DNA of 55,082 nucleotides from Klebsormidium nitens (taxonomy: Eukaryota > Plantae > Klebsormidiophyceae). Within the stretch, counting starts at the first letter, position 1, and each line of letters opens with the position of its first letter. Of this stretch, positions 12,301 to 23,145 are shown piece by piece. The stretch lies in NCBI GenBank assembly GCA_000708835.1, contig DF237159.1, positions 2,466 to 57,547 of the forward strand, read 5' to 3'. A program made the translations under genes and the position numbers. Under the pieces are notes generated by a model. The model was given only the letters and a program-made list of their open reading frames with translations, had not been told where the DNA came from and did no database searches.

Positions 12301-13617
12301 TCGCCTTGTGAGTTCGATTGTTCAGGGGGGCTGGTTTTTGTGCATCGTGATCGTACATATATTCTGACTAAATACTTTCTTCCTGCAGGCGGATAGCCGA
12401 TCGTACTTCCACTACGCGGGTTCGCTGACTACGCCGCCTTGCAGCGAGGGAGTTGATTGGTTCATGATGGGTGAGCGAGACGTGTATTTATAATTCGTCC
12501 ATTTGAGTGCGAGCTTATTTTGGTCAATCGGTGTCTGAAGGGGGTGCGTCTCATTGTTGAGGGCCTGGATCACTGGAAAAAAAAACGGCAACGTTAGCAT
12601 CTTTTTCTGGTCTGCTTGATGCGCTTGGGGCAGCTGGCGTCAGTTCTGCCTGCCTAAATGAAGATGCTCTGAATCGGACGATCTAGATTAGGCCCTTGAA
12701 GCCTCATCTGAGCGCCTTACTAGAGCGAGCTTTTATGTCTTAGCAGTGGAGTCGGTTTGATGAGGACAGCTTTGCACTTTCCGGACATGCCCTTTCAAAG
12801 ACTCCGAAACACTCTTACGCGCTTGCTCGAGACTCCGACGCTACCGGTTGTACCTTGCTGCTTGCAACCAGCTTCGCTGCTCGACTGCGGCTCAACCATT
12901 GGTGGAGTCATGTCTTATTGCTTGACGGGTTTTTGATCTCAGCAGCTGGCACATCGTCAGCACCACAGAATTCGGAGTTCCACCCGGGTTTGCTTTCGGA
13001 TGCTTGCTATAAGAATCTCTCGTTTGGTTCTTTATGGGACCCATACTGAAGGCAGTTCATGACAGCACATCCTAGCTGAATCTGAGTGATTGAGAGTGAC
13101 TAACTCGATTTCGGATCCGTTTTCTGCTGTGCAGGGAACACCGTTCGCATCCCGTACACGCAGCTTGTCAGCTTCCTGCAATATGTCGGCGACCAGAGGA
13201 CGCTGGCCTTCAACACTGTGAGCTTATCCGGACTCAAAAATTCTGTACGGCAAAAGTACCTTGTGAATGAGTCCTGTCGATGTTTAATAACGATCCTGGC
13301 TGGCATCTGAACCTGAATACTCGGTGGAATCTGCCCCAGAACCATGGCTCGGCTCTGACTTGCCGACAGATTCAGTGTTTTGTTTGTCTCAAGGTCATTG
13401 CACTGCTAGAAAGAAGGGGGTCTTGTCATGGGTCTTTGCGTTCTGACTCCGTCTGACGTCCATCGGAATCTGCCTGAACCCATCATGCAGCATTTACTAG
13501 CAAACGAAGGGAGACACTAAGTAAGCGTACAACGAAAAAAGCCTGACGCAGAGCGTTTTACTGCAGCGTCCGTTGCAACCAATCAGGGATCGGGAGATCA
13601 CGAGGGGCCCAGCATGA
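9389..13617 (+). CDS. CAH3: Alpha carbonic anhydrase, CAH3-type, predicted thylakoid lumen (379 aa)
   Basis: Exons 9389-9970, 10550-10685, 10989-11022, 11305-11400, 11875-11950, 12389-12470, 13135-13217, 13567-13617 (1140 nt, in frame). Bipartite signal with twin-Arg GRRSLL..CPLC..ASA|AEWGY, QSPID, NTGHGTMQVNFPAG, LLQFHFHSPSEH, MEAHMVH (three Zn His), YAGSLTTPPCSEGVDWF, NTRPLQ. These segments closely match my recollection of Chlamydomonas CAH3; orthology needs a tree. Confidence 0.92.
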
Positions 13618-16600
13618 GACCGTCGAGAGGGTGATCAAGTATCTAATGCGTTGAGAGAAGATCTTTGTGTCTCAATCTGTGGACCAATTTTTCCACCACC
13701 ACTCTCAATAGCTTGATCAGTAAAGGTTCCCCACTTAGGTGTTGCATGCGAATGAACTCGGTAGCAAGCCGTCAAAAGTTTCTTGCGCATCTGCCATGAT
13801 AAGAGCATCGTTAGCGTTCTACAGCCTTCCATCATAGGTCCTGCAAGTTTGAATGTGGAAGATACCGTACTACTCACTGCAGGACTGATCAGGTGTATGT
13901 CCTTGATCGAGAGCCTTGGTCTATTCGCATCGGCTAGACCAGGCGCTCCTTTGGTTGACCCCATGCAAGTACGTTCAGCTTCAATTCGACTTATGAAGTT
14001 GTACGTGCAGTTCAAAGGACTTTCTGTTGCATTTCTCAATCTCAGTGTGACACAAGTGTATAGGATGAACCACACATACCGCACCTCCACATGTGTATCC
14101 TCCTTTCAAATTACGATCACTGCGCATATGTTTATCAAGAGAGGAGAGAGCTACAGATCTTGTAAGTTTGTACCATACTTTCCATACAGGTGGGTAGCCG
14201 AATCTCGAATTGCCTGAGGGTTTCGCTGAAATGATAGCGGAACCATCCGATGAAATCTCCTGAAATCAAAGCCGCTCAATAACTATGCCAACTCCTAAGG
14301 ACTGATGGGGCCTGTAATTCCATCATGCAATTATACCATGCTCAGACTTGAGCGCAAGCACTGCGCAGCTGAAAGAGTGGCTTTTCAGAGCAATGTGCTG
14401 CTTCCGTATAATATTTTTGAGCTGCTGAAAGACTTTTGAAGTCTTGTCAAGCCATCATAAAGCCTTGCAGAAGGCTTACTGAAGGCTCAAATGACGATGT
14501 CTTCAATTGTCTCCCGAAACCATACGATACACTTTGCTGGTCAAATGACCATCTCTGGCCTCAGTTGTAAAAAGTGTCAACATGTGCTTAGATGAGTTCA
14601 TCACACTAAAGAGAGCTTTATGAGCGTAAACTTATGATGAACTTAAGGAGAAGCACTCATGAGGAGAAACAGGCTATACCCTAGGTCCAATTGGAAGCTC
14701 GGGAAGCTTGGCAGCCATTGCATGCCAGGCAGCTACCCGTCAGCCTGACGTCATGCAAATGCTAGTAATGTATCTGTACCCGGCGTCCGATGCGTTCATC
14801 GCAATGCTAGGCGCCCCCGAAACGGCCGGAGCCAACGGCGCTATCAGCCGGGAGGAAGGCCCGAATTCATAGTTGGTGTTCCACTGACCTGACACACAAG
14901 TATAATGATACAGTTTGGAATCGTATAACCGGCATTCCATTCCACTTGAGATGCATGATCTGCACTGAAATGAAATCCTCACAATTGGGACGTCACACAT
15001 ACGGTCTTGGAAGAATTCCATCAAGCATATCTAGGCGCCCGGGCCCGCCCGCAACATTACAAGGGCAGGCTCTCAGTATGCATGAACCTTCTGCATTCAA
15101 TTGATGATCGCTTCGATCTATACTTTATAACGGTCACGGAGCAGGTCGACGACCGGGTGCGGCGGTGCATCGATCGGCTCGCGCAGTTCAGAGCACTCTG
15201 AGTGTGAGGCCTTTGCAGCCATGTCCGGTTTTGTCAGTCGCGTTGATTTGTTCACGATCGCTGGAGGGAGGCGTAGCAGCGAGGAGCTAGTGACATTTGA
15301 ACATTTGAGCTAGGTGCTGTGGCACTCACATGCGACTTTGAGTTGGCTTGGCCAACCGGAACATTGTTTGTGTTGTTATTGTTATATTCAAGTTGCTTCC
15401 AAAGGCTCACCCTTCAAACGGACGGTCACGTGCATGCGCTTATAAAAGCTAGTGACCCGGCGTTCTGGCGCAATGTCCTTGGCATGGCTCGTGCATGGTG
15501 TCTCTTCTAGCTGACGATCATTATGCATCGATCTCCACTCATCTTCGTCGGACATATATCGCATGCGGCCCGGGCAGCCCTTGATAGAAGTTGGAGCATA
15601 CTGACCACGTACGTGCGTTTTGGGCTATGCGCACACGCGGCACCGTGCGCTTGTGAATAAGCGCGTGATGCACGTTGGACCGCGCCCGAATCTTCTGAGA
15701 ACGCAGCCATTGACACGAATGAAAGGGGGCCGAATTTCAAATGTTAGCCGCAAATTAAGTTGGCTTTCACAGATCATGTAGCCGCAAAGTTGGCTTTTAC
15801 ACATCATGCATTCTTTCGCTGCGAGCGAGGAATGATACACAGAATTCTTGCATCCGCGGAACAACTGAACACACTTTCTTCGAACATACATGGCAGTGGT
15901 TTGACCCTATATAAAATTTATCAGTACAAGCTTAGGCGCCCGCGTCTGTGCCACCCAAGCGCAGAGATAAGAGTTTGATCAATCAAACACTGATACTACC
16001 TACCTATTGAGCAAAACTAACATCGAAGCAGCATGACTAACATGGCTGATTCTCTGCAGACTACCTGGTCATGGCATACAATCACTTGGAGTCTTAGTCG
16101 ACTCAAGCAAGCAACCCAAGGCGTGACATCTGGGAATTGATCTTCCCCCTATTCCAGACCAGATCAACTGTATTTCTTCTCCAAGGCCTCCGCATCGGCC
16201 AACGGCAGGTGCTTAAGTAGCAACTGCAATGCCTGCAGCATCACCGCATCCACAAATGTCAAGTGTCTGCCCATTCAACCCGCCCTAAGGTTTCCGACAA
16301 TCTCGACAATTGAGCATTAGTGGAGAGTTGCATCAACTCTCAATAAACTGCTCTCACACAGACCTTCGAGTGACTAAAAAGATACAATCCTGATTCAATT
16401 GCGCCCAAACACCGAGTCTTTTAAGCACCTGACCTACGATGCACTATACACAATGCAACTTGCAGGAGCTACTCCAAAAAACGAGACCCGTCAATTGTGC
16501 AAGCGAACAAATACATGGACCTCAAGGCTGCCTTGACTTGCTAACCAGATCAGAAGCCCACAACTCGACAAACACACTTGCTTGACCCTTCCCGCGGTCA

Positions 16601-16694
16601 AACGTAGCATCGACTTCAACTCTGACTGATTCAATCCTAGCTAATCCGCTTATCATTGGAGCCAGCCGAGTCCGTGAGTCCCTCGGGACATACA

Positions 16695-19600
16695 TCAGTT
16701 TGTCACCTGGACGTTCGTCCGGCGCGCGGCAGCCCCGTCCGCAACCCCGTTCTGAGACGCCCCGTTGAGCTGCGCCTGCTTCTTCCCGCCGATCGCGCGC
16801 TTGTTCAGATGCTCACCCTGAAGCCGGGTCAGCTCCCGGACGTTCTTCTCGGCGGTGTTGCAAATCGCGTGGAGGGGCAGGATCGAGAACGGCTCTTCAA
16901 TCAGCACCCCGACCTGCGGCGACGTATGTTGGATCAGTCTTCATGGCAGCTTTGATAGCAATTCTGAAGATCCCGACATAAGCGGAACAGCTCTGCAATC
17001 AGCACCCTGAGCTATGGCGCTGATCAGTCTTCGTGCAAGTTTTGAGAAGCGGTCTTTCAGTCCCGAAGGTGAGCGGCAAATGTCCGATCAATCAGTCCGT
17101 TCAAAGAGGACGGGTCTCCGACCAGAACCCCGGCCTGCGGCGCTGTATGTTGATATTGGTCTTTGAGAAGGGTTTGGACAGCGGTCGTAAAATTCCGAAC
17201 ACAAGCAGTATATGTCGATCAATTGATCCATTATTAAATGAGAGCGTAAATATCGATCAATCAATCCAATAGGAAAAGACACAACATAGGCAGCCAACGT
17301 CGATCAATCAGTCCATTCGAAGAATTTCTGGTCTTCACGCCTAAGTGAGTAAAGCTTGGGCCATCAGTCTAGTTTCAAGAGCATTCTGCGCCTCCTACAC
17401 AAGAGCAGCTATGAAAACAACTTGGCTTGTTGTCAACAGCGTTCTGATCGATCAGTCCGTTCTCAGATAAACGCCTTGCAATCAATCATTCTGTGTGAAA
17501 GCCGACCTATTTCGTCCAGTAGGAGCGTGTGTCAAAAACCAGATTATGATTTGCACAGAGATGAACGGGCACATGGCTCATACAAGCCGCAAGACAGAGA
17601 TACGATCAATAAGGAAGGTGAAGCAGAATGCGACAAGTAAACCTAGGCTAAATGGGGCTCCAGGAGGTTACCCCACTACCTTGTGGGATCCGGCCAAATC
17701 ATGTGTACAAGGGAGTCTGCAAGCTAGGCTGCTTTGACCAGATGTACTTCAATCTGCCAATTGTGATTTGTGGCTCTGATCTTTCTTCCGTCGTCCAATG
17801 TTGTGCAACAATATTCAGGTCGAGAGGGGAAAAGCAGGGTGTTCCCAAGTATTAGAAAGAAGGCGCTAACCCTACCAGTCAATCAATGCTCCCTTTGTCA
17901 AAAAGGTCGAACAAGAGAAGAGAACAGCAATATGACGAATGGTGAATCCCGACCTTAGAACACCCTGAAACCCTGAACACCTCAAACCCTGAACCCTAAT
18001 CACCTTTTCAACGCAGAATTCAATGCAGAAGACTTGGGAGGCCGCCAGGAAGGTAGCCGCAATAACCATCCAAAAAAGGATTGAAAAACCGATGAATGGT
18101 GACAAAAGAGGGCATTCTGGCATGAGAACCCCTAAGCTATGAAACCCTAAAGAGCAGATCCCTACCATCTCAAAACCCTTCAAAAATCACTAGGTGTGGC
18201 ATCGCCTCTTCAATGCAGAAGAGCCCGGCAGCAGACACGAAGGTGGCCAGGACTACCACACTTAAAAAGGGGTTGTTGACACAAAATGAATGGTGGAAAA
18301 AGACGGTGAAAAACACGGCGCTTCGGCGGCGAAACCTTGAAACCCTAAAACTCTGCAATCCCAGAACCCCTCACCTCTTCCAATGCAGAAAAGCGCAGCG
18401 GCGGACAAGAAGGTGGTCAGAAGACCATCTTACAAAAACAATGAATGGTTTGAACAGACTATGAATGGTGCAAACAGAGGGCAATTTGGCGTGGAAACCT
18501 AGAACCCTACAATCTCAAAATCCCTCAGTGGCCTCACCTCTTCAATGCAGAAGAGCGCGGCGGCGGACAGGAAGGTTGCCGGCACAACCATCCAGTGGCA
18601 CGCGTCCCAAAGCGCGAGCGGCAAGAAGAAGTGCCACAGGACTAGGAAACGACTGGTCAGGCGCGTGTAGGAAAGGGGGAGGGGGGTCTTGAAGATACGC
18701 TCGCAGCCTCCAACTTGGTCGTGGAAGTGGGTCAGGTTGTGGTCCTGCAAACCGGCACAGACATCTTTAGGTTTAGCTTAACTGCGCCTGATTGAGGAGG
18801 CTGCTAACCTATAGCCCAAGAAAACAATGCGTGCGTGCATTTGGCGTCTAGAGCAGTGACTGGCCTTTCCTTTTGTATCCCCAAAATTTTATTTTGATCA
18901 GCAAACTCCAAGCTCTATGAATGTACAACAGCAGAACTGACAGCGCAATGTCAGTTCTGGGATGGAAGGGGGGGGCCCTTCTGGAATGGAAGGGGTGGGG
19001 GCCCCAGTAGACTTCAGACATACATCTCAATGCATGTCCAGAACCGGGCTTACAAGCTTCTCTAACTTTTCCTCACTTAGCTTCCTTCACGTTGTTTTTG
19101 AGCTCTGAGGAACACCTAGCTTTGTCGAAATGCATTGGGCCAGTGCATGAGAAAAGAATCCTTCTCAGGCGAACAGCAAAGTAGTCAGAAAGTGCTTGCT
19201 TACAAGGTTAACTCGCTGAAAGTCGGTGAGGTCAGTGTTCTTGGAGATGACTTGGGACATGACTTGCAGGCAGTAGTTCGGCCGGTGCTCCGTCGACGTC
19301 AAGATCTCGATCTCGTCGGAGTTCAGTCCAACGTTCTGCAGTCAAACAGAGTTGTTAACAGCTTACAAGATGAGCATTCACAGACCCACAGAATCTTTGT
19401 TGTTCCAGCAAAGAAGCACAGTCTGAAGTGGGCCCCGGGCGGCTTTTCTTCTATGACGAGATTTTGCATGTGAGAAGAGGGTGAGAGCAGAAACAGCCCT
19501 CTTGAGGCGAGGTGTGACAGAAACGACTTTGTTGACGAGATGTACCTGCCTACCTCAGGTGCTGGAGCTCAAGAAAATGCTCAGCAACGTATGAGCTACA

Positions 19601-21616
19601 AGAAATAAGCTACTTCATGCAAGGCCACATGCGGATCCCAGACCAAGTCTGGACACATCCTTGTGAACCCTAACTTCGATCTTCACTTGACCTGCATTTC
19701 TATCACAACAACCAGGAGCTGACCAGTAAACCCCAAAAAGCTTTCTGTTCCGCTGGTAACCTGCAGTTTCCATGTTACCCGCGCTTTGTCTTCTCGCAGC
19801 ATGCAGTCCTTGAATGTCACTGTCACCTAACCAGTGCTAATCAGGCCAGGTTTACGGTGTAAACCCCTCCTGCCATACCCGCATGTCGCCCACAATGCGA
19901 TCCTCTCCCAGTTTTTCAAGGCTGAGCAAGCAAGCACTAATCACTTTGGTTATCAGCACAACTTTTTCGTGTCAAAAGTAACCCCAGTTTCCAACTTACC
20001 CGCATGTCATCGACAATGTGGTCCTCGCGCAGCAAGTGGTTCTTGAACGCGTACGGGAAGGCCATCAGATAGCGCAGCACTTCCTCCCGCTCCTCGTTGT
20101 CGTCCATGTAGGACAGCGCCTGGCGCGCCAAATCGCGGACGCGATTCAGCGTCGCACCCCACATCTTACGCGCCTGCACCACAATGTGACAAATGAGTTA
20201 ATATTACAACCAATACTCTTAGTCCATTCTTTTCCGTCTCAAACAAATTGATGTTTTTCCCGCAACTCATTTAATATCGCCCACCACATATTGAGCACTG
20301 CACGACGATGATGTCAAAAAGCCCTCTTTGAAAGCGATTGTTCCAGTCACCATGTTGTTTCATTCTAGTTCCTTGTGAAAGCAAGCAATGCGGACTTTTC
20401 GTCGCAGGATAGGTGCAAATAGGGTTTCAGAGGCCATGCCTCTTGCACCGGAGAAGTGCCTGATCTAAAACCAGGGCCTCTGCCATTGCTTTCCTGTGCG
20501 GGCAACGGGCGGCCTTGCTTCAAATGACAAGCAGAGCCCAGCAGACGAATGCAACTAGACGGGAGATTGATGAAGGCAAGCTTCCAGAGCACTTTTGAGA
20601 TTAGCGCGGATGGAACCGTGCTAAACGCAGATGAGCAGATGTTCTTGCTTTGCACTAAAGGAATGTGACTGGGGGCTGTGCAACCGCAAGGACCATGTGC
20701 GCATCTGCGGCGTTTTGCTCAAGTCACAAGACTCCATTTCTTCCAAGGGACCTGGATTCCATGCCTTGCGGCTCTCAGGCAGCAATGTGCACCCACTCAC
20801 AAACGAGTCCAATGTCCTCTTAGAGCTGCTTACTAAGATGGCACAGCGAAAGTCACTCTTCATACTTCAGCTGGATGTCCACTTCTCCACATCACCAAGG
20901 CTTGACCAACATAGGTAGATGTTCCTTCAAGAAAACCCTAGTCAAACCCGGAGCAGCCGGCTCACCTCGTCGAAGCGGGAGTACGACGCATTTGTCCGGA
21001 AGACCAGCAGGAGCGCCAGGGCTGGGGCTGTCAGCTGAAGCGGGAGTGCAGATGCTTTCAGCAGGGGAAGCTCGTGCGGGAGAATATCATGAACAATGGC
21101 CTCATTGTACAGAGCCATCGCAAGGGCGCCACCTGTCAGAGCCAGGACTGGGGGCCCCAAGGCCAAGATAACGCGTGACGAACTGATGCTGAGTATGTGG
21201 CGGTAGTGCCGCGTGCTGCTCCTGTGGCGCAGCCACTCGGGGTGGCCGAAGACAGTGCGCCGGTAGACCATGCTCTCCTCCTTTTTGACATCCGCGCTGA
21301 TGGGGGTGAGGTAGTGCTTCAGGGCGACAGGTGGCGGACTGTTCGACTTTGGCGCGCTCTGGCACCGAACCGAGCGCCGCTGTGGAAGGGAAGGAGTTCT
21401 CGTCTTGCGAGCTGCTTCCTCTTTCGAGTCTGCCAGGTCGAGGGACGCCCTCAGAGATGCATGCCCCCACATTCGCTGCCATTTTTCCTTAGTGGCCAGA
21501 GGGCATCCAACTTGTGCGGGGAGCGGGTTGAATGCAGGAGCCGATCTAGCGGAGGCGGGGCCCCCCCCGGTCCAGAGGGCCTGCGGCCGCATGGCAACGT
21601 GAGCGGAAGTCGCCAT
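16695..21616 (-). CDS. VCCN: Thylakoid bestrophin-like anion channel (UPF0187; VCCN1/BEST and Chlamydomonas BST family), 460 aa, with predicted plastid transit peptide
   Basis: Exons 21616-20966, 20173-20000, 19335-19204, 18744-18538, 16913-16695 (1383 nt, in frame). Motifs RRTVF..WLRHRS..RH, QLTAPALALLLVFRTNASYSRFDEARKMWG, HRPNYCL, GGCERIFKTPLPLSYTRLTSRFL, LFCIEEVGVLIEEPF. Confidence 0.95.
16935..17470 (-). repeat. Degenerate repeats of the bestrophin last-exon acceptor region
   Basis: ggtctccgaccagaaccccggcctgcggcgctgtatgttgat (~17113) versus real ggctcttcaatcagcaccccgacctgcggcgacgtatgttggat (~16891); the motif gatcaatcagtcc recurs through ~17460. Confidence 0.65.
17960..18470 (-). repeat. 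Three degenerate copies of the bestrophin exon-4 3' end plus donor, with aaaccct-rich spacers
   Basis: ttcaatgcagaaga..gaaggt copies at ~18018, ~18205, ~18372 versus real cctcacctcttcaatgcagaagagcgcggcggcggacaggaaggtt (~18533). The ORF track shows AAGLFCIEE and ASQVFCIEF echoes of AAALFCIEE. Confidence 0.88.
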
Positions 21617-22565
21617 GGATGCAGAGTGTGTGGCTTCTGTCCAAACAGAAGGCAATGTGCTGGGTTGCCAGACTTGGCAAGACGCCTTCCTTCTCAACAG
21701 ACTTGGCAAATGAGCCGCTCCGTCGCTCGCATAGGGTGGCTCTACAGTCCCTAGGAATTCTAGTAGAAATCCTGATTGTCCAAGTGCCCCGCGTTCCAGT
21801 ACCTACTACTTCTAGGATTCAAGTTGGAAGAAGCAGCACAGCTCAGTAAGTATGGTACTCGTGTCGCTCGACCCTACTTTGTCACTAGAGTACCTGGTCG
21901 GCGGTCGCTCTAAATTGGAATTTGTAACTTCGGACGGGCTATTTCTATTTCGGAGGCCTAACAAAGCAGTCTACCGAGTACCTGGTACTTCGACCATCTC
22001 CAATCTTCGACTTTCGATGAGCTTCTCAAAGATATCGTGTGTCAATCCACCGAGTGTATTTGACAGTCTGGAATTAAGCTTCCATCTGCTTTACCCGTTT
22101 TAAATAACAGAAGTATGAAATCAGGGCGACCATTCAGATGAAACTGTGTGGCCAGTCTCCGTCTTCCCTACTGAAAGCTCCCGGTTGAGGACACAGGAGT
22201 GCACAGGAGACCAGCTTGGTGCTGCGTATCTGACCCAGCGGCCGGTAGAGCCCCACCTTGGCCGGCCGCGGGGAAATTGGGAAGGAGTCTGGAATTCGAG
22301 CGCATACGGTATAGGTATGTGTTCGGCTCAAAGCAGGTGATTTGTGCCTACCGTAGAAATCCACATATAACAAATTCAAGACTGCAAGGGTTGCGTATCC
22401 AGTTTATTATCTGATTCGGGGACACCCAAATCCTTCCGGAGCTCACCGAAAATCCGGGGCCGCACGTTTTGGTCTTCCCTGGGGGACTTTGATACTGCCC
22501 TTGCTCATGCCAGCATGCGTGCCCGGTTGTGCGCAATGTGTGGCGCACTGAACGAAGTGTGCGTC

Positions 22566-22818
22566 GTTACGTAACCAGCCCATGATCCTGAGGGATCCCT
22601 TCGTTTGAGACTTCCCCCGCCGCCCCGCGTCCTCCAACCGAGGCAGAAGGCCTAGCCCAGACCCGGTTACGTAACCCCTAATATAGGCGGTGCCTGCAGG
22701 CTGCATAATACAGATAAGGTATTCATTCCTGAATGGACAAGTGGCTCGTTCGACTGGAACGTACCGTCAGGTCTGTGTGCCATGTGATTCCATGAGGCTT
22801 CCGCGATGGTTACGTGGC
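22566..22818. promoter_or_regulatory. Candidate bZIP-type ACGT-core palindromes in the divergent bestrophin/LCIB promoter
   Basis: GTTACGTAAC at 22566-22575, GGTTACGTAACC at 22665-22676, variant GGTTACGTGGC at 22808-22818. Function is inferred only. Confidence 0.45.
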
Positions 22819-23145
22819 AGAAGTTGCTGGATTCAATGCGAGGCAACCAATGCCATCCACTAAAATTTCAAGGGACAACTTGAGCTCACCCAATTTGACA
22901 GATCTGCGGCTGTGGTACGGTCTACCCGAATCAGCATTGCATTTGGTACGTACGTTTCTCGTCTGCTCGTTCCGACAAGGAACTCGGAACAGCTCCGAAA
23001 CTTCCACAAGCGGAGACCCAAAATTCGCTGCACCTTCAAGTTGCTACATTGGGGAGGATCATTCAAAAGCGAGCATCAAAAGAAGAAAGCCCACAAACAA
23101 ACTTTTTTGGCAGCTTTCGCACGCTACCCAAACCATCCTAGCACA

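Noticed and set aside
13635-14217. Overlapping 151-aa (-) and 144-aa (+) ORFs after the CA gene as a fourth cluster gene
   Set aside because: No recognisable motifs, alternative start codons and no convincing splice structure; probably 3' UTR/intergenic. RNA-seq would settle it.
14300-16650. Palindrome-rich spacer between CA and bestrophin (ccaattgg, ctaggcgccc, short duplication near 15735-15800) as a MITE/Helitron
   Set aside because: No paired termini could be defined; needs a genome-wide repeat library.
21617-23145. EEC/LCR1-type GANTTNC low-CO2 elements in the divergent promoter
   Set aside because: A match exists (e.g. GACTTCC ~22609) but such a degenerate 7-mer is expected by chance in 1.5 kb.
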